From positions 16,926,995 to 16,990,994 of the forward strand of contig OZ037765.1 of NCBI GenBank assembly GCA_964035545.1: 64,000 nucleotides of DNA, in the 5' to 3' direction. The notes below the pieces were generated by a model. That model searched no databases. It had not been told where the DNA came from and worked only from the letters and a program-made list of their open reading frames with translations. This document shows, piece by piece, positions 46,901-59,300 of this stretch. The translations under genes were made by a program, and so were the position numbers. Positions within the stretch are counted from its first letter, which is position 1. Each line of letters opens with the position of its first letter. Source of the stretch: Bugula neritina. Taxonomy: Eukaryota; Animalia; Bryozoa.

Positions 46901-49900
46901 TATTATTTTTTACAAGTTTTCTTGATCTTTTTCAAATGTCTAGACAAATCTAAGCAACAGGAAAGGTTGAATTGTTTTATTAAAAAGTAACAGTTGATAT
47001 TTTATTAGTTAACCCTTTTCAATAGCCCTACAGTTGGCAAGATGCCAAATATATTACAATCACTACGAAATTAAATAACATTAGCAGCCAGTAGCAGAGG
47101 TGAAGCACCTTTCATATATGTAAAGTTATCACACAAGTTACAGCCTGCCAGGAATATGTTAAATTTATAGCATAGCAACTGCATATATTCCCAATTGAAA
47201 ACATTGATACCACAAGTCCATAACCTCGTGAAATATAATATAGTATAAATGTGGACATTTCAAGTGTGTTACAGTAAGATTTAGGAGTTGAGTAAATCAC
47301 TGGTTGCCAAGCTTCTCATTATGCAATGGATTTTTCATTTGGTGTTTGGAAACAGTTGCATCGAATGAAACCAAAATCATAAGTTTATGCAAACCCAGCA
47401 ACAAATTCATCTGTATGAGCATCCATTTGCATAATTGAAGTAGTGAAAATGCAGTGATAAAAGTCTAGCCAAGCATCATTCAACACTTAACATATATACT
47501 ACTTCTATGTAGTGTATGCACGCTGGGAGTCAAGAGACAAGATTGTAGACTTTGGCAAATAAACTGAAATTGTAGAGCTTCGGTTGACATAATAAACATC
47601 ACACTTGATGGAGGTAATTAGCGTTGAGGGGTAAAATGTCAATATTAGGTTGAGCAAAAATCAATTTTAATAAAATGGTGGCCTACATGGTGGACTAATT
47701 AATAGGCAAATGAAGCTGATAACGTGAAAGTTTACCGTGAGGTGGGGAAGGCTTAATATGTATTATCTCCCCTGGCACGCTGGAGTCAGTATCAGCTGCA
47801 TTGTTATCAGTCTGTTCAGCAGAAGGCGAATCATCAGCTACAGCTTTGAGTGACTCACTTTTACTCAACGACATTTCTTTCTCGCTGGTCTCTCTCTAAA
47901 CAGTCGGTAATTATTATTATTAAGACTAAGTATTTCTGTTAACTCCACATTGACACATGCCAGTTTCCCTTTACATATTATAGTAATGAAAAATATTTGT
48001 TTTATTCTAATGCTTTTCAATTCTAAATAAAGAAATAAAATGCTACAACCAAGTAAGATGTAATGTTTTTTAGAATAACCACCAATGACAAAACAGAAAT
48101 AACAAAGCTGGCTGCCAAACTGGTTTAAGTTCCTTGTGAGATAATATTTTATAGCAAGCAATTCATCCAGGAGTGTACGTAGAGGCACACTTTACATTAG
48201 GGAGCAGAGAGAATACTTATTAACAGCAGAACAATCATTAATAAGGTGAATGCGTCATCTATGATCTAGGAGACAGTCAGTAACAGGGTAATGATCTTCC
48301 AACATGGAGGTAGTCAGTCTCCCAGACCTTTGCAAACCAAGCAACACTGATGAAGTTTTCTAACCTGTATCTCTTCTAAAGATCTCTCAACTCTATTTAG
48401 AAATTCTTTTTCTCTACTCCTAGTTTTTTGTTTTACTTCTGTGATACAGGCCTGTTTCTTATAAACCTGCATTTCTCTTTGCTTTTCTACTGTCATCTGA
48501 AAGAAAGTGAAAAAGTATGTTTTGTATTTATTATATTATATATTATAAGAGTAATGCATATTAAGTAAATATATTATTATATTTATTAAACTTGTAAAAA
48601 TGCTTAAAATATCAGAATTCATTTTATTTCAGCCTAGCAAAACTAAATCTGATGAAAATACCTTGAAAATTTCAATAACATTCCTATAAAAGTGAAACCT
48701 GTACCTTTAATAGAACTCAAAGTACAGTGTATTCTAATCTCATAAGGAATTAGTAGCATCAGCCTTAAATAGTTTCAGCTCAATAAACATTTTAATAATT
48801 TACCAGCAACTTATCAATCTTTGAATGTGTCCTGCTAACACGGTTACATGTCAAACAAACAACAAGCTAGATTGTTTACAATTTAAATTTTTAATGTGAT
48901 ACTAGCCTAGATGCAAAATTTATCTTAAGGTTATAACTGGAAACTATAATGGGCTGTATACGATGAGATATAGGTTTACTCTCAAATAATATATATAAGC
49001 CTAGTGACTCAGCAGAATATTGAGAATTAAACTGGCTGCTGGAATTAGTAATGCATTACTTTACAACACCTGAATACAGGGCACCTTAGGAACATAACTA
49101 CTACTCTGTGTGTAGGAAACTAGAGTGAGAGTGGAAAGGAAGGCAAGTGTAGAACTACTCAATTCAACCTGCTTAATTAATGAGCAAAGTTAGGAACACA
49201 TATAAAGAAATTGAAGTAAAATATAAAACATAACGTTATGAGTTTACATAATACAACAATCACTTGCAAGTCATTCTAGTACAATGTCAAGTCTTTCTGG
49301 GGGTAACTTTACTCATTAAAGAATTAAACACTTAAATACATCAAAAGATTGTTTGAATGAATGAGTAAACACAAAATAGTACGAGTGGCACTGGGTACAA
49401 CCAACAAAGAATTACTAGTTGCTAGGAAGCATCAGGGTGGCTGGCCTTTGGCCACTTCCACTAGAATCTCTGTTTCAACATCATTACAGACATCTAGAAA
49501 GTGTCTATCATAATTAATAGTGAGATATAAATAGTTTAGTTTCTGGACATTTTGTAGAGCCTAGAGATCATGACAGGGGTGGGCAATCTTTGGCCCTTTG
49601 CTGTTTTTCATTTGGCCCTTCCTAATTGCCTGTTATATAATCAGAATAGACTCCTGTTGCTACTCTAAACTAAGAGGATATATATTCATATATCTACATT
49701 TACTTGAAATAGTCACAAGAATAAAGACTGCTATACACGTACTGGTAGTATATAGAAGTGGATTAGAGTTTCACCTACTCTGCTAAACTGATTGGTGCCT
49801 AAAGGGGTCAAACCCTCCCCTTGACCAAGTTCATTTCTTCATAATATAATATAAGGTTAAAAACAATACATCTACAGTCATTCTAAATCCATTGACAATT

Positions 49901-52624
49901 GCATAACGAAAAAAACATCTGTTAGTTACCATACAAGGGTTATCTTGTAACTCTAATTAAATACAACAAAAACTGTAAATTGATTAATTTTATTCATACA
50001 ATGTAGCCCTTCACAAAAAATTATCTTTTTCAAATAGATCTTATACTAAAAAGGTTGCCCACCTGGTTAATAAAATACTAAAGCCTATTTAGATATTTAA
50101 TTGTCCAACATTGCTAACAGCTGAATCATCAGCATTCTTAGGGAAAACCAACTCAGTTATGAGATTGAATGCATATTGTTGTTAAGACGTCTCCATAGTA
50201 CACCCAAACAAAACATGAAACCATGCCGTTAGAGATGTAACTTGGCACACATTTATAATATCAACATTGGAAATTAGTGGAACTGTAGAAGTATTCATGT
50301 GGGAGCCTGTAAGTGTTGTGATTAAATCGTACAGCAACATTCTAAGTATGTGATAATAACTTATGAGAGAAGGGTGTATTAAGAGATATAGAACCCTAAG
50401 CAAAAGTCTAAGCTAAGCGTAGAGGCCAAATTTTATTTGAAAAACATATCTCAATAGGAAAATTTCAACAACATAGCATGTAATAATAAATATGTCAAGT
50501 TACAACTACTACAACTATAATTATACTAGGCCTACAATAAATATAATTTAATTGTTGAACAGCAACTTATCTTGAGATATATTTGAAACATCATAAAATG
50601 GTATTATGGAACCTTGAGAATAATAATTCATATTTCATTACTATAACAGATGAAAACTAAAATACTAATAACTGCTTTTAAATAATACAATAATTTAGAA
50701 GCAAAATATTAAATATACCTGGTAGGAGAAAACTTGACTTGACTGGTACAAAACTATCTACATGCTAGCTCTAAACACCCTGGTGCAGTTAGAATTACTA
50801 TTACTCCGATTCTTATCTGCTGTTATGTTGTACTTACTACACACAAAAGATTACTACGTGCATTAGCACGCAGCAGCTGCCTAAGTAGTATTACCACAGC
50901 TATCGCAATACTGTAAAACATCAGGCGACAAAGAAAACTTGGCAAAGTTCCAATGGAATAAACAATCCATTTATCGAATTAAAATTCGAACTTTGAGAAC
51001 CAGTGTATTCATTAGTTAGGTATTACATGCATAGTGCAAATCACCTCTATTGTATCATGTGTAAGCAAGATTCAGATGTAAATGTGACAATAATAATTGG
51101 AGCAGACAAAGCTAGCTTTCTAATTCAATAGTTACTGATAGTAACCAGGGAAAGTGAAACCTCCGATAGAAGCTATCATAAACCAGCTTCTTAACCATGG
51201 AAGGTCTACTATGCACTGCTAATTAAATAATTCAATACATATTTAACTCTTTTTAATTTAATCTTTGAGCCTATATGATATATAAAACAGAAACTATTTA
51301 ACAAATAATATTTGAACTGACTCTTTATATCTAATTAAAGTGGGTCTTTAACCCAACAAGTTCAACTGATATAAGTGAAATATCATTAGACAACACACAT
51401 ATTTATTAAACCTGTAATAGAAAGCATAAAAGTAATTGGGTAGCTCAGCCTACATTATTAGCTAAAAGTACTAAACTATGAATAACTTGTAAGTTGTATA
51501 TCAATTTCATAAAAAAAGTAGAGAATATGAATATTTGCAGCTGTATAAGCCCTTAGCGAAAGTAAATAGATGGAAGTGATAAAGTTATTATTATACCAAT
51601 GTTTTTCATTGACCATTCACAACTTTCAAGTATCAAAAAATTAACGATTTTCTAAGAGATTTAAAGTTTTTTTTAGTAAACAGGTAATGTATTTAAATGC
51701 TAGCCAATATTTAAACTATAATTCAAGCATCAGTCAGGAAAATTGTCATAGCTCCAATGTCATCATCAAGCAATGTTTGATTTTAATATTTTAGTGGCAT
51801 TCCCATTGGAGAAAACATAATATTGTAGTTGTTTCAAATCTGTGATTATGTGAGATTTTTATCCCTGTGAATATTGCGCAGTAAACTAACAAAACCTTTT
51901 TTACAGTTTGACTATTTTCAATTAAATTTTTAATTATATCAAACATAATTGTAAATTTACTGTTTAATGTTTAAATTTTATCTTATAGCAAAAAATATTT
52001 TGGCAATTGCTTTACTTTCTCATTTCTCTGACATTAACATCATCAATAACAAAATGTCAATTTTGGTTCTTTGTTCTTCACTTTAAGTTATTGGAAAAAT
52101 AATAGTAAATAAAATATAGCAAGAGACATTTGGTGATGATAGTTAAAACTAAAATGGAAGTGCACACTGCACCATGAAAGATATTTTGTAGGTTTAGTTG
52201 ATTAGTTGCAACCGAAATTCAACTGAATAGTTTCAACTGGTGAGTGACTGCAATTACATGAAACAGCATGAATCTTAATTTTAGATATGTATAGACTTAT
52301 GGAATTATATTATCAACTCAGTTGGACCAGGAGAACACAACTCCAAAGTTTAAATTATTTTATTTTCATAAGTTATTTTATTACCAAAATGAGTTGCCTA
52401 AAATAAGTAGGGACAACTAGGATGCTCAAGTAAAATAGTTACAGATGTTAAGAGCAAGGAGGGTTACAAACCACAGGTGCCAGAATAGGTTGGCCAGAAA
52501 TTTTCACCACAGAAGTGTGTGACCTGAAGCCATGCCAGAAGACATTCCACCTCTCCTGCCGCTCTTCCATATGCTGATCTAGAAGATCATTTTCATGACG
52601 AATAAACTCAATCAACTCTTCCAT
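34979..52624 (-). CDS. CCP110: Centriolar coiled-coil protein 110 (CP110), about 20-21 coding exons, roughly 1400 aa
   Basis: N-terminus MEELIEF..SVVKISGQPILAPV|MTVEKQREMQVYKKQA..FLNRVERSLEEIQ resembles CP110 [37 protein letters not shown]. C-terminus LAAVIRGHLCRRLL..QDINFQERLLDQWQAALLDIHEIFF..ISSATQKVMERKK matches the CP110 calmodulin-binding/C-terminal region. Phase-consistent chain: 52624-52472, 48496-48365, 47895-47736, 46883-46440, 46243-45551, 45450-45241, 44390-44255, (optional ~42117-42003), 41915-41675, 41093-40874, 40267-40064, 39699-39442, 39228-39083, 38937-38794, 38015-37856, 37694-37577, 37134-36795, 36392-36279, 36132-36023, 35671-35522, 35057-34979. Confidence 0.82.
49574..50065. 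mobile_element. hAT (Charlie-like) non-autonomous DNA element in CCP110 intron
   Basis: Begins CAGGGGTGGGCAATCTT..TGGCCC and ends AAGGTTGCCCACCTG, a typical hAT-Charlie terminal pattern with subterminal GGCCC motifs. TSD not clearly preserved. Confidence 0.65.
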
Positions 52625-53524
52625 GACTGTCACTTCATTTAGCAATTTACCTGAAATACAAGATTGGTGATAGGCAGCGCATGAAATTCACTCTTTCAAA
52701 TGTAAACATTATTACTATTTGCTAAACAAAATTGAATATGAAACATGTTTGATTTTTCACATTCATCTCTTTGATGATTAAATCAACTACAGCCACCAAA
52801 AATTAGTGTAGCCTAATTTTATATAATAATAGTTTTCTTTTTTTTGAACATCTGCGTTGCTTAGACTAACATTTAAATAAATCTACATAACATAAAAAAT
52901 AATACTCTTTAAAAACTACACACATACTACAATACATGCTTATACAAAGCATTAGACTAAAACTTACTACGGTGTATGAAATATTTTATAATAAATACAT
53001 ATATAAAATTAACATGGCTGCATTCATATTTGCTAAATATATTTTGAAAATGCCCCGACAATTTTTTAAACAAGTTAAAATAAAACTATCAAACTAAAAT
53101 ATAAACAAATGTTCATATAATTATAAGCTACAATGAACAAAATGTTGGCAGAAAACATGTTTACAAGAAGCAGGACCAACAATTAACAGGTTTTTTATTC
53201 AATGATGAAAAGTTTTGCTAAAGCTTATATGGGATTGCTTATGTGCTATGTTATGGCTTATTCTAAAACAGACTCTTGAAAAATTTAAAAAATGTTCTAC
53301 ACTTTAGGCTTAAGAAAGCAATACATGAAGGGTGTTTAATCTCAAAATTACAAATTCATTTATAAAAAAATATCTTGTTTTAAGCCTTGTACACTTGATA
53401 CATTGTCCAAAATTTGTTAAAGTAAGTAATTTAGTATCTCTAAAACTTTCATTAAATTTTATGCAATAATCTTTTTTAAATTTTGAATATTTTCAACCAA
53501 CAACGCGGATTTTGATAGTGTAGT

Positions 53525-54170
53525 TACCATACTAATAATAGTAATATTTACTTTTAGTGTTACTGGCAATCACTTAAACTTAAAGTTAATGTAACATTAA
53601 GACTAAGAGTAAGAGTAAGAGTAATTTTACAGCTAAAAGTAAAATTGACATTACACTTAATCTAAATATCTTAGTCTTGAAGTAATAGTTATACTTATAG
53701 TTATAGACTATAAACTCACTACAGTTAATGTTATAGACTATAGTTAATGTTATACTTAGTCTTATACTTATAGTATAACTGTAAGTATAAGTAATACTAA
53801 TAGTAATACTAATAGTAATAACTATAAGTAACTCACCAACTGTAAGGTGTAATAATAACACTAATATTAATAGAGTAATAGTAATACTAATATTAATAGA
53901 GTAATAGTAATACTAATAGTCTTTGACTTTGAGTTCGTGAGATTCAGATTAAATTAAAATTGCGTTATACTTATAGTTATAGTTATACTTTAAGTTTATT
54001 ACTTAATCTTATTCATATTATTATTCATATTGATATTGCTTCACAGTTTTAGTTTATAGTCATAGTAAATTAATTATCAAATATAGTATTAGTTATATTA
54101 TTAATTTGCATGTAACAATTCAGTAAAACACTAGCCGTCATTATCATTATGAGTATCGATTATCATTATA
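53525..54170. repeat. Degenerate TNATAN hexamer island (CCP110 side of divergent promoter)
   Basis: TTATAC TTATAG TTATAG and TAATAC TAATAG TAATAC runs. Confidence 0.78.
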
Positions 54171-54179
54171 TGGTGAAAC

Positions 54180-54745
54180 CACGAAATAAATTTAAATTTT
54201 CAAATCACTGGTCACAAGTAGCATAGTTTTTATTTGCTCATTTGTATTTAGCAGCAGCGCTATAACAACTTAGTATATTGCGATATACAACCTTGGCTAG
54301 GCGTTATTACCTATTCTGTTTATGTTTTGGGACTATTTTGAAAATTAGAATCTGAACTCTAAAACAACTCTCATTGGTCTAAGGCTCTAAGGCTCATAAG
54401 GCTCTAAGCTATTAGGGAAGGTGTCCATAGTTTGCTTTTACTTAGACTGTGTTTTATAAAAAGTACTACAATTAAAGCATTCACAGCAAATGTATATCAG
54501 ATCATAATTATATTTTATATTCCTATGCGTAAGAGTTACTTATTTTCATATTACAAGCTTTTTATGGAAATCGCTTGATGCAACATAAATGTTGGGGTCA
54601 CTATATGTAGTAACTTGAAGGGTGATGTCTAGTTCGCGATAGAGTTTTGTAGTTCGGGTAATGCATATACAAATTTTGTGCTGTATCTAGCTATCCCCTT
54701 TCTCATGTGACTCGAACCAAAGTCATACTCATAGCTTCAAGAATT
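54180..54745. promoter_or_regulatory. Probable CCP110/FLCN divergent promoter core with M-box
   Basis: Non-repetitive, CpG-containing segment between the two divergent genes; TCATGTGAC at 54703-54711; short (TAAGGCTC)-type repeat at about 54380-54410. TSS not determined. Confidence 0.45.
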
Positions 54746-54749
54746 TTAT

Positions 54750-55485
54750 GAATAATCATTATCATTATGATTATAATTCGTGTTATAATAATTCTACTTA
54801 TTGTAGATTTACAAGTCAACTCTCAACTTGTAATCGTGGATGTAGCATAAGTTTATTTTTAATGACTCACAGTTACTGTTAGAGAGTGACTCAGTGGGTG
54901 TGTTAGTCATACATGATGATGATACTAATATAAATATGAGTAATACTAATACTTATACTTATAGTATTACTATTAGTTATGATTAATGTTAATGTTATAC
55001 TTATAGTTATAGTTATACTAATACCAATACCAATAGCAATACTATTACTATTAGTATTAGTATTATTATTACTATTAGACTTAGTATTACTATCACTATG
55101 TCTATATTAATAGTAATACTAATACTATGTTAATACTAATACTAATAGTAATATTTATAGTTACTTTTAGTAATACTTATAGTATTAGTAGGGTAATACT
55201 TATACTTATAGTTATACAAATATTAATACTAATAGTAATAGTAACCTAAGGCTAATAGTAATAGTATTATGACTATCACTATGAGTATGACTATGAGTAT
55301 TAGTCATACACAGTCATACTCAATCGCATAGTCATAGTGATACTCATAATCATAATGATAGTTATACTCATAATGATACTCATACTGATGCAGTGAATCA
55401 CTGAATCAGAATGTAATAGTGATGCTCTTACTCATAGTCATACTCATGCTGATAATGATACTCTTACTAGTACTAATGTTATTAT
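54750..55485. repeat. Degenerate TNATAN hexamer island (FLCN side of divergent promoter)
   Basis: TCATAG TGATAC TCATAA TCATAA TGATAG TTATAC TCATAA TGATAC TCATAC runs. Confidence 0.8.
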
Positions 55486-56314
55486 TTGTGGCAGTAGACG
55501 TAGTGACAGCTGCTGTAAAAAGTTTTGGTTTTTATTTTGATTTACTTTTACTGTTTTAAAGTGATTCATTAAAAACTCAACTTGTAAAACTAAATCTAAG
55601 AATTTAATTAATAATAATTATAATATTATTGAATCATAATGATTTGATTGCAGTTCAAATTGATATCAATTGTTTTTTCAGTGATAAAGTTTAAATTGAA
55701 AATAATTATTTATACTAATATTATTTTCTCAGGTATTAGGCATAATTTAGTTATAGTAGCTGAAAGTTTCAATATGAAGGGCCATCGTTTTTATTTTTTG
55801 CTTCATACAGTTTCAAGCTATTTCTATAAGTATATGGAACTTCACATCCTTTTCTATTTACATCAACAGCTTTTTGTAAAGTAACTGACACTTTATGTAC
55901 CAAGCCTTTTTCAAGTTATTTAATTTAATATCTACATAAACATGTTGATGTATAGTATTGGTACTCTTCATTAACTTCCTATTTCAATTACTGTATAGAT
56001 GCGATTAAACAATGCTAGTACTTGAAATTTATTGTTATCCAAACTAGCTAAGCTGGAAGAGTTTTATTGACATGGTTACTTTAATGTCTAATTTATTTTG
56101 ATTGACCTGATATTTTTAACTATGTTTGGTTTAGAAAATGCCAAATTATATCTTTAAAAACCTGAAAAATATTGTTATATTCTATTGATAGTTGCTGTTT
56201 CCCATTCCTCATTTCTAAAATTGTATTTGCATCTATATTAATTTGCACCTATAATAATTATATGCTGAATTATGATAATATTATTTGTATTAATGTTTAG
56301 GGAAAAAGTTCAGC

Positions 56315-59300
56315 ATGAATGCTATTCTGGCCCTATGCCATTTTTGTGAACAACATGGGCCTCGAGTTTTATTCTGCACTCAGCCTTTTCATGAGAGGAA
56401 CAACATCATTCCTTCTACCATAAGTAATGATACAGAGAGCATTGGTAAGTCATTAGTATTTACTTTGTAGAATATCTGCTTTTTTTGTCTCAACTCTTGC
56501 AAGCGACAACTTGGAACAAAAATTTATCCATTATTATATTTAACTAACTTTATATAGGTAGTTTAAGCAATGCAGTCACATTTCAAAAATTTTTGAAAAC
56601 ATTTTTAGCATCTTTCTATCTTTATTCCACAACTGTGTGTAAAATATTCTCACACAAGTTCTTTGTTTTGACACTGATTAGATTGAAATAAACTTTTTTC
56701 AGCAAAAGTTTGCTGCATTTATATTTTTTTAATAAAAAGTGGTATTAGATCAAAAGAAAGTATCAACGATTAAAATGCTCTGTAAATGTTATCCTGCCCT
56801 AACCCCATATATACAGTAGAAGGGATGTTTTCCAGAACTAAAGTTGTAGATTTACTAGTGAGGCATTTTGTTTCAATTGTTTTGGGAGTGTAGTTACAAG
56901 TTAGGTATAGTGTACTTCAGCGTGACATAGAAAAACTGTTCCAAGCTTGTTGTGTATAGTTGTCTAGATGGTGCAACCAGCAACATTTCTACTCTCTTAG
57001 CATCAATGTATTATCATATTATGTTTAGCAGCTAATGATAGTTCAAACAGTGAGTTGAGTGAAGTAATCAGCAAGAGTCGTCTCAAATCACCAACTCCGA
57101 AGTTCACAAGTACAGAATCTGTAGACACAGCTGGTCACAATGACGGCCCATCTATGGCTAAAGACCGATGTGAGGTAGTACTGCTGCGGTAGAGAGTCTG
57201 TCTCTTACTACTTAATTGAATAGTAGTTCATACTCTTCCTATGGCATTAGTTGTGTTATAGATTGTGGTGCACACAATTCCTACTTGCTGTTTTAGGGGT
57301 GCCGCTCCCTGCAGTCCAGTGTGCCAGGGTATGTGAGTAATGATCTTGAAGCTAAAGTAAAGTATGTGAGCAGTCAGCAGCCCCACCATGACCAGCTGTA
57401 CAGCACCGTGAGACAAGCTTGCATACGAAGTCTGAGCAGTGAGGTGTCTACTCTTTTCATATCACCTTCACGTCTTTAGTCATTGTTGAGAAATATGCTT
57501 AGTTGAACTACTTGTAATTTATGCGTATGTAGAAAGTTTGAAATCTGTAAAATTTTAGTGTGGGATTATGTCGATGATTCTCATTAGTAAAGCAAAGTGC
57601 ACATTTTTTTGTTAATTTGCCAATATCTTGCCTAGTACACAGTTTTTAACTGTTTACTAACAGCTTATAGTTTAAATAAATTAGTCTGTTACACATGCAT
57701 CAGTTCTATAAAGTAGTATATGGTTGTAATGGTTGCAGGTGTGTCTAGGTAGAGAAGGGCCAATATTCTTCGGAGACAGTGATACTAGATATGTTCTGAG
57801 CTACACATTCTATCTCCAGGATACCAAGTCTAGGGGTGGCCGCAGGTTGTACAGTATAATTGTGGTAAGTTAGATCATATCTATCAAATGAAAATGTGAA
57901 ACTATTTTGTTCATTTTCTGTGTTGTTGAAGCAGTTGAAATATTAAAAAAATAAACTGAGCATATTTTGTTTGTTCACTTTTTCTATAATTGTATTGCAG
58001 GTTATGATGGATAAGATTTACCTACTAAACTCTTGGCCTTTTCTAGTCAAACATTTACAAAATATAGTTAAAGATCTTCAAGCCAAAGCCAAGTGTGTGT
58101 ATGAGGAGGAGGATAAAAACCGACCTATAAGGTAATCTCACTAGTCTGTAGATTATAACTGCTATGTATGTTCAACACTTTTTGTGGGCAGCTATTTGGG
58201 CTTGTGTTTGCATCTAAATTTTCAGTGCAGAAAAAACTCGAAAAATTAGTCATTTAAAGTCATGAACTCATTGGCATTGTAAGTTCTATTGTTCGATTGT
58301 AATTTAAATTATAGCATTCTGTTTTTATTGAATATATACCAAATTTATGTTTTGACATTTTACACTACTATAGCACTAAACTACACCCTTACGCTACATT
58401 TCATACTACACAACTACATTACTACGATACACTTTATACTGCAATACGCTACACATTAATTACCTTGTTTTATCTTAATCTCAATATTATGATGCAGGCC
58501 ACCCAATGTGAGGAGTTGCCCTGTGCCAACTCAATGCCGTCTGCAACGTAGTCGCAGCTCAGCCGTGCGCTCAATGGTTGATATGACAGGAGACGAAACT
58601 CTATTCAAGTCCCTCCACCTATCATTCACGTGGGTCCTTAAGGCTTGTAGCAACAGACTAACTGAAAAACTTCTAGAAGGACCCCCTACTGAAGACTCTA
58701 TTGTCGACTTGGAGAAGCAAGAAGGTTCGGGGATCTTTTAGGTTTTTCCTTGTCTACTCTTGACTTGGTTTTTTTTAAAATTATAGCCTAAAGGAAAGAA
58801 TAACCGGCTATTATATGTACTTGAACCACTTAGTATTTAGCAACAGCTATAAATAGATTTTAAAATTTCTAGCATCAACTAAAAGTTTTCTCTGTATTAT
58901 AAAGGAGAGAGAATTGTTGCCTAAAAAGTATTATAATGAATCTTATCTAGGCAATTTTGGCTAGGACTGGATACTAGGGTCATACGAACTTCTTTTGCAA
59001 TAGTTAAAGTCCATCCCAAAAGATATTTTGAATTGTCTTTATTTTTAGAGACACACTGGGTGCAAATAAGAATTACTTATTTAAAATAAAGAGCTCACAG
59101 TTAATTAAATTTGAAAGTTAAAACTTGCAGTTTTGCTGCTTTAACAGTGTTTTCATAAATATTCGATTACCATGTTTTGTAAAAATATTGGTCAAAGTTT
59201 ACAAAATTAGATTTTTTTTATATAATAGTGTAACTGTTCAATTGTTATTTTCTGTGTTATGTAATTGATCAAACATTTTTTTAGTTTTTCCATTTAGTCA

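Noticed and set aside
44239-52645. Separate unknown gene upstream of CCP110
   Set aside because: Its first two coding exons match the CP110 N-terminus and phases link through to the CP110 C-terminal exons; treated as one gene pending transcripts.
53586-53861. 91-aa hydrophobic ORF
   Set aside because: Artefact of the TNATAN low-complexity island.
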